A stretch of 64,000 nucleotides of DNA from NCBI RefSeq assembly GCF_002113885.1, contig NW_018403664.1, positions 482,063 through 546,062 on the forward strand, read 5' to 3'. Positions within the stretch are counted from its first letter, which is position 1, and each line of letters begins with the position of its first letter. Of the stretch, positions 1-11,945 are shown piece after piece. The notes under the pieces are model-generated. The model was not told where the DNA came from and ran no database searches. It worked only from the letters and a program-made list of their open reading frames with translations. The stretch is from Mizuhopecten yessoensis (lineage: Eukaryota). Made by a program: the position numbers and the translations under genes.

Positions 1-1190
1 TTTTTTTCTCTAAGGTAAGAAACTTATCACTTATTATATTATCATGTTTCACTGTGTCTCGATAAAGGAGCAGATCGCTCCGAAAATTTGACAACCTAAA
101 CTTGCACTGTTGGAATTACTTCTTTGCCCCATATAGTATTTTAATATACATACACTATACTGTTAGTATACAATTCTGATATTTCATATCTCTTTGAAAG
201 TCCGTACAATTATGTACAGGACTGTATAAAACAAATGTTGTGTTTATGTTACTGACATCCAAACTAACGGTGGGTGAACTCCTAAAACTGTAGTACATTA
301 AGTACAAAGTAAAGGGCCTTTTCCGGCTGTTTACATTTTTTATTTCAATTGTATCAGGGGACACCTATCGCACGTTCTCGTTACCCTACACGTATATATA
401 AAACTAGTCACTGTTAATGTTGACATAGTTTCAGAAAATTTGAAATTAATATTTAATATAAACTCTGACCAGTCGGAATATATTTAACGTATACAAATAC
501 TTACATAGAACTGAATTGTGTTTGTTTGTACATCGTTTTGCTGAGGTCAATTGAAGATGATTTCCCCATTTAACGGTCGATCATTTTAATGTACCATTTC
601 TCCGGTATGTCAGAACTACGGCTCGTTAGTCTGACCAAACCCCCGTTCACAATATTCTGAAAACGGAATAACCAAGCGTGCCTAATGTTTACGTTAGAAT
701 CTGGTCACAAATGTTATAATAGAGACAACAATCCTTCAAATATCAAGAAATTCAGTTGATCTGGCCTTAGCCAAGCATCAGGTATGATGCTGACAACCAC
801 TTTGTTTTTAAAACGCCATTACGATAAATGCTTTAACACAAATAATAAATGTGTGCAGCGAAATACACACTGTTTTAGCCCTTATCTTTAGATTGAATTG
901 CGCAAACGATTTTAGCGTGGGAATTTTTGGGTTTTGTAGCCGGACTAATTTTAAAGTGCAAATGTTACCATTAAAACCCCAGTATAGATGTAAACTTTTA
1001 CTCTGTAAAGATAAGCAACATCATGGGTTTGCGACCATTTAGTGCTATATTTATGCAATTCGAGACGAAATATTTATTTTTTGTTTTATCATGGGGAACA
1101 TATCGACTATAAAAATAAGACAAATATCGGTATTATTGACATATAGATTTTACTGGTGATTTTTTAAGCAGTCCAACGTATTTCATAAAT

Positions 1191-1337
1191 NNNNNNNNNN
1201 NNNNNNNNNNNNNNNNNNNNNNNNNNNNNNNNNNNNNNNNNNNNNNNNNNNNNNNNNNNNNNNNNNNNNNNNNNNNNNNNNNNNNNNNNNNNNNNNNNNN
1301 NNNNNNNNNNNNNNNNNNNNNNNNNNNNNNNNNNNNN
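1191..1337. other. assembly gap (N run)
   Basis: Run of N. Confidence 0.99.
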
Positions 1338-1624
1338 GGATATTGATGATGATTGTGAGGATGATGATGAGTGAATTAAGTGTCAAAATGTGTGCAAGAG
1401 AGTGTGAAAATGAAAATACCTGTTTTGTATCAATATTATATAAAATAAAATCATCAAAAAAAAAATCCATCGAAATAACCCAGTAGTTGGCAAATAAACG
1501 ATATGTAGAAAGTGGTAAGATTTATAATTACTGCAATATGGCTTGTTAACCAAAGGTTTTCGTACTAAAAAGAAAAAAATAGTACAAAGCAAGATGTGCG
1601 TTAAAAACAAACAAAACATGAGGA

Positions 1625-4068
1625 ATGTGTAGTGGATACCGTGGGCCGATGTTCACACTAGTGGATACCGTGGGCCGGTGTTCACACTTTGTGTAGTGGA
1701 TACCGTGGGCCGATTTTCACACTAGTGGATACCGTGGGTCGGGGTTTACACTAGTGGATACCGTAGGCCGATGTTCACACTAGTGGATACCGTGGGTTGG
1801 TGTTCACACTATGTGTAGTGGCTACCGCGGGCCCGTATTCACACTATGTGTAGTGGATCCCGTGGGCCGGTATTCACACTATTTGTAGTGGATACCGTGG
1901 GCCGGGATTCACACTATGTGTAGTGGATCCCGTGGGCCGGTATTCACACTATGTGTAGTGGATCCCGTGGGCCTATGTTCACACTAGTGGATACGGTGGT
2001 TCGGTGTTTACACTAGTGTATACTGTGGGCCGGTGTTCACACTATGTTTACTGGATACCGTGGACCGGTGTTCACTCTATGTGTAGTGGATCCCGTGGGC
2101 CGGTATTCACACTATGTGTAGTGGCTACCGCGGGCCCGTATTCACACTATGTGTAGTGGATCCCGTGGGTCGCTGTTCACGCTATGTGCAGTGGATCCCG
2201 TGGACCGGTGTTCACACTATGGGTAGTGGATACCGTGGGCCGATTTTCACACTAGTGGATACCGTGGGCTAGTGCTCACACTATGTGTAGTGGATAACGT
2301 GGGTCGGTGTTCACACTAGTGGATACCGTGGGCTAGTGCTCACACTATGTGTAGTGGATACAGTGGACCGGTGTTCACACTATGGGTAGTGGATACCGTG
2401 GGCCGGGATTCACACTATGTGTAGTGGATACTAGTGGATCCCGTGGGCTGGTGTTCACACTATGTGTAGTGCATACCGTGGACCGGTGTTCACTCTATGT
2501 GTAGTGGATCCCGTGGGTCGGTGTTCACGCTATGTGCAGTGGATACCGTGGACCTATGTTCACACTATGTGTAGTGGATACCGTGGACAGGTGTTCACAC
2601 TGTGTGTAGTGGATACCGTGGGCCGGTGTTCACACTATGTGTAGTGGATTCCGTTGACCGGTGTTCACACTATGGGTAGTGGATACCGTGGGTCGGTTTT
2701 CACACTACGTGTAGTGGATACCGTGCGCCGGTGTTCACACTATGGGTAGTGGATACCGTGGGCTGGTGTTCCCACTATGTGCAGTGGATACCGGGGACCG
2801 GTGTTCACACTATGCGTAGTGGATACCGTTGGCCGGGGTTCACACTATGCGTAGTGGATACCGTTGGCCGGGGTTCACACTATGCGTAGTGGATACCGTG
2901 GACTGGTGTTCACACCATGTGTAGTGGATACCGTTGGCCGGTGTTCACACTAGTGGATACAGTGGGCCGGTGTTCACACTATGTGCAGTGGATACCGTGG
3001 ACCGGTGTTCACACTATGTGTAGTGGATACCGTTGGCCGGTGTTCACACTATGTGTAGTGGATACAGTGGACCGGTGTTCACACTATGTGTAGTGGATAC
3101 CGTTGGCCGGTGTTCACACTATGTGTAGTGGAGACCGTGGGCCGGTGTTCACACTAGTGGACACCGTGGGCCGGTGTTCACACTATGTGTAGTGGATAGA
3201 GTGGGCCGACGTTCACACGATGTGTAGTGGTTACCGTGGGTCGGTGTTCACACTATATGTAGTGGATATCGTGGAAAGGTGTTCATACTATGTGTAGTGG
3301 ATACCGTGGACCGGTGTTCACACTATGTGTAGTGGATACCGTGGGCCGGTGTTCACGCTATGTGTAGTGGATACCGTGGGTCGGTGTTCACACTATGTTT
3401 AGTGGATACAGTGGACCGGTGTTCACACCATGTGCAGTGGATATCGTGGATCGGTGTTCACACTAGTGGATACCGTCGGCCGGTGTTCACACTATGTGTA
3501 GTGGATACCTTGGGCCGGTGTTCACACTATGTGTAGTGGCTATCGTGGGCCAGTGTTCACACTAGTGGATACCGTGGGTCGGTGTTCAAACTATGTGCAG
3601 TGGATACCGTGGGCCAGTGTTCACACTATGTGTAGTGGATACCGTTGGCCGGTGTTCACACTAGTGGATACATTTGGCCAGTGTTCACACTATGTGTAGT
3701 GGATACCGTGGGCCGGTGTTCACACTTTGTGTAGTGGATACCGTTGGCCGGGGTTCACACTATGTGTAGTGGATACCGTGGGCCGGCGTTCACACTATGT
3801 GTAGTGGATACCGTTGGCCGGTGTTCACACTAGGGGATACATTTGGCCAGTGTTCACACTATGTGTAGGGGATACCGTGGGCCGGTGTTCACACTATGTG
3901 TAGTGGATACCTTGGGCCGGTGTTCACACTATGTGTAGTGGCTATCGTGGGCCAGTGTTCAAACTAGTGGATACCGTGGGTCGGTGTTCAAACTATGTGT
4001 AGTGGATACCGTGGGCCGGTGTTCACACTATGTGTAGTGGATACCGTCGGCCGGTGTTCAAACTATGT
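1625..4068. repeat. tandem satellite, 35-bp unit with a 29-bp variant, roughly 70 copies
   Basis: Unit GTAGTGGATACCGTGGGCCGGTGTTCACACTATGT. The variant lacks 6 bp (CACTATGTGTAGTG becomes CACTAGTG). There are no unique spacers. Confidence 0.97.
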
Positions 4069-5189
4069 CTTCTCATAATTTGGTTAGATACTAAGACCAT
4101 TATACACATTTTATAATATTATTTTCGATTGGCATTAAGAAATACCGGTCAAATCCCAAACGTTTGTTTCGCATATAGATTTAAATGATTGACATTAGAG
4201 TGATGAACATGGTTTAATTGAATCGGACATAATTTTAATCAGAACTACAAGAAAATAAATCACTTTTGTTATCTAAGAATTGATCTTATATTCAATATTT
4301 TCACACCAATTTAAATACACATTGAACTCTCCGCAAAGATATACAAAACAACAAAATATGAACTAGAAGTATCAATTTACACCATTTATCCTGAATGTTA
4401 ACAAACCTACCATGTAATCTATGATAAAACGTACACAAACTTTACCATATTGTTTATTATAACCCGTAAATAGACAATACCGTGATATCCATTACAACAT
4501 ACGTACACACATTGCCTGATGTCCATCGTAATATGTGTAACAGAATTAAGTATGCTCAATTTGAATGGTTTGACAAAAATAATCACAAAATGTTCCTGTT
4601 GACCTTTATCTCTGGATTCGGTAAAGTGGTTAATTTACAAAACAAAAACAGTAGTTGGTATGTATACTTGATCACAGGCGAACTCACGCTACTAGCTACA
4701 TGCTGAAGCACAACGACCCCGTGGTAAATGTCACACAGGGTTCCCTGTCTGTATCACTCTACACACGGATCCAGACGGCAGGCTCCATCACCGGCTCTCG
4801 AGGTAAAGATTTTATTTCATCATAACGGACCATATTTGACATTCAGTAATGAGAAAAGCTGTATTGCATGCATTGCCGTCATCTTTATATACCAAATGAT
4901 ATGGTTATCGTTTTTACCATAATATATTTACGGGTTTATTATGAAAGAAAAATACCAATCGAGGTTCTGTGCGGAAAGTTTGGTCGAAAGGACTTGTTTT
5001 TCATTTTGCAATAAAAAACATATTAAGTTTTATTAGTTCGCAAATGTTAAATAGTGCGAAAATAAGTACAGAAATGAATACTGATCGGATAGTTCCTTCT
5101 ACCTTATCATGTTAGAACAGTATTTTTGTTGGCTTATCTCTGTGGGTTACCATCACATTCGAAACTGTTGCAGAATGCCATTGATAGAG

Positions 5190-5261
5190 TGCTTCCACCG
5201 GGGATCGAACCCTCGCTCTCCAGATTCCTAGTCGGACACTCTACCACTGAGCTAAAGGGAA
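5190..5261 (-). mobile_element. tRNA-like sequence (tRNA-derived SINE head or tRNA pseudogene)
   Basis: The minus strand reads TTCCCTTTAGCTCAGTGGTAGAGTGTCCGACTAGGAATCTGGAGAGCGAGGGTTCGATCCCCGGTGGAAGCA, with Pol III A box (TAGCTCAGTGG) and B box (GGTTCGATCCC). Acceptor and anticodon stems are imperfect, so a functional tRNA is unlikely. Confidence 0.7.
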
Positions 5262-5515
5262 TTCCCTCTAGCTCGAAGCTAGAAGGTGACCGTTATCATA
5301 TTTACAATTAAAACCTGCCAAAATTATGTGTTCTAAACATATAACTAAAATGTAAGATAATATGCATTGTTACCTTTGCTTACAGAAATGTAATACGCTA
5401 TAGATTGTCACATATTCGATGTGCGACATAACTTAAAAGCACTTCAAGAAATCCTTTTAAAGTGTATGATTTTAACTAGAAATACACTATTACTCTTAAA
5501 TAGGTAAGCAACACC

Positions 5516-8500
5516 ATGGTTTTGCGGCCAATTCTTCGCCATTTGACCCAGTCCAGTCTCCGCCTGAATGACCAGTGTGGGCGACTCAACAGTACGTGGA
5601 CTGTTGGGATCCTTGTTCTGTTTTCTATCCTGACGGGTTGCCTCCATACGGCGTACGACCCCATTACTTGTTGGACACCCTCCGAGTTCCAACCACAGAT
5701 GGTAAAGTATGCTGATAAGATCTGCTGGGAAAGCTCAACATACTATGTGAGGATTGAAGACGTAAATAACAACAATGAACCATTGGCTAGCAATCATTCA
5801 CCAATGACGAAACCGCCGTATCGCTGGATACCGCTCATTCTCCTCGTACAGGCATTGTTGTTCAAGCTTCCTGACATTGTCCTGTCAGTAGGACAGGGCC
5901 TTGTGGGGTTCCGATTTACGAAGATTTTGGGACTTACAGACGGTTACGAGACCCTTAACATGGCTGACCGAGCACAAATGGGGAGACAAGTAGGACGGTA
6001 CGTGAAGAGCTGGATTGATTCCACTGTGTTGAAGGGATGTCCGTGGGGATGGCTTACTCTGCTGTTTCTGTTCACAAAGCTTCTTTACTTCATCAACGTC
6101 ATCACACAATTATCTATCATGAATGTAGTTCTGAAGGCAGAAAACCAGACTTCATTTGGACAGCAATTGGCCGAAGATATTTCGAGCAATGAAACTTTGA
6201 CTTGGCGAACCATAGACCCTAAACTCCCGAAAATAGTCTTATGCGACTTTTCCATTACGCGATTGAGCTTCACCCACAGTTACACTGTTCAGTGTTCGTT
6301 CAACAACGTCACGTACTACGAGATAATGTTTGGGTTCTTGTGGATGTGGATGGCGATCGTGTGTGTCATCACGGTCTTAAGTGGCGTGGGCCAGATTCTT
6401 ATCGTTCTAGTGCCAATCTTTCGCAGAAGGTGAGAGTAGATTTTCTGTCCATTGCATTTTTTAGTTGGTGTTGGTAGCAATATATTTAAATTTGCATGGC
6501 ATTGTCACTATATAGCCTCTTTGAAAGCTGTGTCGTTGACGGGACTTTAATTACCATGCATCACGAGACACAAATCTTAGCGTATTACAACACTGATCGG
6601 AACTACAAAATCCAATATAAATAAACATGACGGCTGCTGAAATATCGCTGGGCATTGTGAGATTTGACAATGCCATTGTAAATTTATGTGCAAAATAATT
6701 AAAAAACACTTTTATTACAACGAAAACAAGACCAATGTCTGCAATATCGTACAAAATGCACATCGGTTGAAATCACCAATGCCGGCAATGGAAACAATTT
6801 TAACGCTCATGCAATTTATCAGAAATATCGTCTGTTACACTGCACTGATCAACAGGGTTCGTTACAAATGTCTGAAATACACATATTATATAGACCTACT
6901 GACACATGTGTTACAGACCTACTGATATGAGTCACAGCACACATGAACATTTCAGACTTTTGTAACGAACCTGTGATCCGTCGCAAGATCACTCACTTCA
7001 AACGCTATCTTTCACGCGTCTCGCATCCACCATTCCTGAGTTTCTGACGACATGTCAAATAACGAGGATGTTATAGAATCTTCAGACTGTTGTAAGGTTC
7101 CCATACAACCAACAAATACATTCACGCATGGATTCTTCAAAAAATGATCAAAGAGAAAAGTTCGAATTAACTTCCAAAAATAACTCCCTCTTGGAGGGCA
7201 AGGTCGGATTTACGGTGTTCACTGTATTTGTCCATGCGCGAAATTTGTTCCGGGGAAAAATTGAAAAAAAATCAAATATTACTTTCAGCTCATGGTTCTA
7301 TTGATAAACTTAAATCACCCTATAGACATATCATACGCAATTGTATTGATACTGAATTGTGGAATAAAATTGATGTTTTTGTTTAAAATTCAAAATACTA
7401 CTTTGTTTGCCAATCAGAACGCGACAATACGCTGTTCAAACTATTGAACGAAATTGTGTGGACTGTCGATAAGGCGGGCATTTTTAATTTTAAATATAAA
7501 TTATAAGTTAAAAAAGAACATAAGAGGCGGAGAAAACGTAAATATAAGTATTGAACTGTTTTTGTATGGTATTATAGCGCGCATTATGTTGTTTGCTTCC
7601 AAAGCTGTGTCATTCAAATAGATCATAGATATCATACAAAAACAGTTCAATGCTAAAATATTTGCTTTATGAGAAGTTCTTTTTACACAACCGATAAGAT
7701 GTTCTATGTGACGTTTCGATGACCAGTACGATATGTACACTGTCACATTCATCAGACAAATGACCAGTGAAGCGTACGCGCACAAAGATGTAAAATGTGT
7801 ACGAGTTGTCAACCAAAGCGTTGCCGAATCGAGTCATTTCGGTACATATATAACAACTATTGTACATACGCTTACAGCGTAGCCGAATCGACTGGATTTG
7901 GTGACCAATTCGTTCATAATTTACACCTTTTGCATACGCTTCACTGGTCATTTGTCTGATGAAGGTGACAGTGTACATACCGTACTAGTCATCGAAACGT
8001 CACATACCCAATCGTATTGGTTGTGTAAAAAGAACTTCTCATCACCATACTTACCAACCTGAAGAAAATGTTTAAAAACATATTTGCGAAAATGTTTAGA
8101 AATATATTTTCTTTTGCTTAAATATGCAATAAGCATTAATATATATTTATATCTGATGATTTCAATTAAACTTAATTATACATGATTAAACACTGCTGGA
8201 GAGTTTTATTTAGTCTAATATAATGGTCATTGAAATTGCAGGAAAATCAACAATATAGGTGACGTTTCGATGACTAGTATGATATGTACACTGTTCACAA
8301 AGCTTTGAAGCTTTTAAGAGTCTGAAGAATCTCCTAGAGATGAAAATACTAAGGACCCGTTGTTGAGATTCTTCGTCCGTAAGGATATTTTTTCTGTTTA
8401 TCCCGATAACATTATCCCCAACAGTAATTAGGATATGTCTTAAAACATAAGATAATCAGAGAGAATGTGTATATGTAATAGTATATGTATTGCGTGTTAG

Positions 8501-9213
8501 CCTATGGTTTCACATCGGCACAATACGGTTATTATAGGACAGTGTTTGGTTGATTGGTGATGAGGTCAGAGAATCAGGGAGGTCAAAAAATTGCTATACG
8601 CTAAAAGAGCAAAGATATATAGCCACGTTAGGAAAATAGTAAGCAAGACCATTGCTGTATTGGGTATGTTGATTTTCCTGCAATTATAATGACCATTATA
8701 TTAGATTAAATAAAACTCTCCAGCAGTGTTTAATTATGTGTAATTAAGTTTGCAGAGTTAAATCGAGGAATGAGATGCTTTTAAATAAGCAATAATCATG
8801 TCAAATATTACAGAAAGATACATGTTTGATTGAAATCATCAGATATGATGTTGATATATTCCTGAACCCAGTAACGTTTTCTATTCAGGTTTGTCAAGAG
8901 TTATCTGTACCTGTCCGGTGAAGTGGCACCTTCTCCTTCCGACAACGACATTGCCCGGTTTGCAGGTTCAGAGATAACGGAGGACGGCGTATGTATATTG
9001 AAGGCGATCGGCGAGGCGTCGTCTGAACACCTGGTCAGGGATGTAGTCCTCTATCTGTGGTCTACCACACACGCTCAACAGATTGAAGGGACTAGAAATC
9101 AATGCGTGTATCCGCCAAACGGTAACTATGGTAGCACACCAGAAACTCACCAATTGCAAGAGTTCCCTCATCAGCCAACACGTGTGGGTGTCTACCATCA
9201 TGTTAATGACTGA
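5516..9213 (+). CDS. innexin (invertebrate gap-junction/hemichannel protein), 2 coding exons: 5516-6429 + 8889-9213, 412 aa
   Basis: Four hydrophobic segments. Extracellular Cys pairs PITCWTP..YADKICW and PKIVLCDF..YTVQC. PYRWIPLILLVQALLFKLP corresponds to the YYQW..P TM2 motif. The C-terminal EDGVCILKAI..SSEHLVRDVVLYLW is innexin-like. A phase-2 GT-AG intron (AG|GTGAGA..TTCAG|G) joins the two ORF-track fragments in frame. Confidence 0.93.
7669..8042. mobile_element. foldback of two inverted ~140-bp copies, probably Penelope-like element terminal (pLTR) fragments, in the innexin intron
   Basis: 7669-7810 is the imperfect reverse complement of about 7900-8042 (ATGAGAAGTTCTTTTTACACAACC / GGTTGTGTAAAAAGAACTTCTCAT). 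Each arm carries a CTGATGAA..CGAAACGTC motif. A third partial copy lies at about 8259-8298. Confidence 0.65.
7951..8006 (+). ncRNA. candidate minimal type I hammerhead ribozyme
   Basis: Core CTGATGA at 7956-7962, an extra A, stem II GGTGAC/GTCATC, GAAAC at 7994-7998 and cleavage triplet GTC at 7999-8001. Stem I is short (TGT/ACA) and stem III is the palindrome ACGT. Confidence 0.5.
8150..8846. repeat. second inverted duplication in the innexin intron (about 8150-8255 vs 8666-8752 and 8825-8846)
   Basis: AAACACTGCTGGAGAGTTTTATTTA..TAATGGTCATT..TTGCAGGAAAATCAACA has its reverse complement at 8667-8735. Confidence 0.8.
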
Positions 9214-10759
9214 GGGCTGAAGCATTGTTCTTAAACATTGTATCTTCTCGTGTTGACCTATACGTCATGCCAAAAGTATACAGTGAAATTAATTAAGTGT
9301 TTAGACGTTCCCTATATATGCGGCTGGTAGAATTCTGGGCTTTTCGAGATACATGCACACAATGAATAATGATATGTCATTTTACGGCCAAATTAAAGGT
9401 AATCAGATGTAGAAAAATACTTTATTTCGTCGTTTTATATTTCATAATGAATTACCCCGTATTGTTGTGACACGAGGGTTTGTTTACGTGAGACAGATAC
9501 TATATGAACCGAGGGCAACGCTCGAGGATGATATTATTTGTCAAGGGGAGGTAAATCTAACGTGACACAAAATTGGCGGAATTAGTCATTAACTGGATTA
9601 GTATACGGGATAAAAAATATGTATTCACATCTGATTTCAATTGAAAAGAAAAAAAGTAAGTGGGGTTATAAATTGTTTTATCATTACCTTTTGAAATAAA
9701 AGAGCTTAGAATGCATGGCTTATATTATGTCTTTGATAATGTATACATGTACCAAACCCCCCAAAAATGTACATTGATAAAAGTAGGTACAAATGCTTTT
9801 ACATATGCTTGTACCTGTACATATGCCTTTGAAACTTTTATATATTTAAGTTTCTATTGTAAAGAACGCTGTGCTACCACATTTATCTCCGTACACTGCT
9901 TAGAACTGTTCTGATGATGATTCTTGCGTTAGAAAATTTAATAGCTTAAAAAGGTTAATAAATAAATAAACCATACAGAAAGACATAAAACTCAGCATTA
10001 AGTGTTCTGTTTCTGTATTTGGATATATTTTTAACTTACAATGGTTTATAACTACAATAGACGTCTGACAAGGCGGTATAACCGAACGCAAACCTGTCCA
10101 TGCTCTGATTGTTTAAAATTTACTTCTCTCCCTTCTTCAGCTTAGCAAACTCTGACTGCGTATAAATTAGCGTATATTGATACCTGTCTCAGATATGGCG
10201 CCGTTCACGCTTCAGTGGGAAAATGTTCTATGACAGCCATTGATTAGTTCCTTCAACATATACAAATATGGAACATATTCTGGATCCATTTTGTCTGATT
10301 ACACAACGGCAAAATTCTTATTTAATGGAAGCACATTAAAAAATCTTTGACGGTAAAGTAAACAATGGCGGCTTCTTTTTCCAACGTTCGACCGCGTCAC
10401 TCACTGCATGTCCATAACGATCGTTATAAATGAATCCAAATGTTCGAATTGCTACTAATATTACATAATTAAAAAAATTAAAGCGATGAAAATGTTGTTC
10501 ATTGCGTATTTACCAATATAACGATGTACATCTACTGGGACTATAATATCCTGGCTACTACATTTGTTTATTTATCATCGTAGTACCCGCTTCGACCGTT
10601 TCTTCTTTGTAAAGCATTTAAACATTTTTATGATGTTTATATTAGGATTGACCTTGGTAACGCGCACCAAATAATATGTTCGTTACCAACTGCGTTCATA
10701 CTACCATAAACGCCGTCAAATTGAAGGTCAATCCTTAAATGAATCACTTTTATTTACAA

Positions 10760-11453
10760 CCACCTAAACACGCCGCCCCTTACATCAAACTAATCACGCT
10801 GCCTCTCACATCCACCTAAACACACCACCCAACACATGCACCTAAACACGCCGCCCCTTACATCCACCTAAACACACCGCCCAACACATCCACCTAAACA
10901 CGCCGTCTTTACATCCACCTAAACACACCACCCAACGCATCCACCTAAATACGCCACCCTGCATATTCACTTAAACACGCGGCCCCACACATCCACCTAA
11001 ACACGCCGCCTCTCACATCCAATTAAACACTCCACCCCACACATCCACCTAAACACGCCGCCCCTAACATCCACTTAAACACGCCGCCGCTCACATCCAC
11101 CTTAACACGCCGCCCCACATCTTAACTTGAACGCGCCGCCCCACACATCCATATGAACTCGCCGCTCCACACACCCACTTAAACACACCACGCCACACAT
11201 CCAACAAATAAAATCCACCTCTTACATCCACTTAAACACACCATTCACACATCCCCATAAACACGCCGCCCCTGACATCCACTTAAACACGCTGCCCCAC
11301 ACATCTACTTAAACACGCTGCCCAACACATCAACTTAAACACGCTGCCCTATACATCCACATAAACACTCCACCCCTTACATCCACTTAAACACGCCGTC
11401 ACTTATATCCACCTTAACACGCCGTCACTTACATCCACTTTAACACACCGCCC
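10760..11453. repeat. C-rich minisatellite, ~26-bp degenerate unit
   Basis: Repeats of ACATCCACCTAAACACGCCGCCCC(T/A). Confidence 0.92.
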
Positions 11454-11864
11454 AATACGTAATAAAAACAGCATGACGCAATATAGGCACTGGATTCGTA
11501 TTACTTAGATATGTAACTGGATAATTGTTAGCGATAGTGTGGTCAAAGAAATTCGTCAATGTTTTGTGTCAATCCACCTCTATATCACTATTATATGTTA
11601 ACGCATATCCTTTCGGCTTTCCTGTATCCGAATGCCACTCATTGTGAAAGATCCAAATATTGTGAATTCAATAGATCAATAAAGGAAATAAAAACAGTGG
11701 AAAGATGTATGCTACCGACGCTTCAATACATGTAACACAAGATGGGAAGACTCTGTCTGCACACCAACACCAGCAACACATGTAGGTGTGAAATAATTGG
11801 GCAGAGTTACTGCATACTGCAGTCAGTGTCACTTGTATGAAATGCAAAATGTTTGGGAAGCCGA

Positions 11865-11945
11865 AACGCCACGTATTATACCGCACAGAACGCCACGTAT
11901 TATACCGCACAGAACGCCACGTATTATACCGCACAGAACGCCACG
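11865..11945. repeat. 24-bp tandem repeat, 3 copies
   Basis: ACGCCACGTATTATACCGCACAGA x3. Confidence 0.9.

Noticed and set aside
10-25. AAG|GTAAGA donor-like site at the window start
   Set aside because: There is no upstream context to support an exon.
5190-5261. Functional tRNA-Pro(AGG)
   Set aside because: The acceptor and anticodon stems have mismatches or an insertion, which fits a SINE head or pseudogene better.
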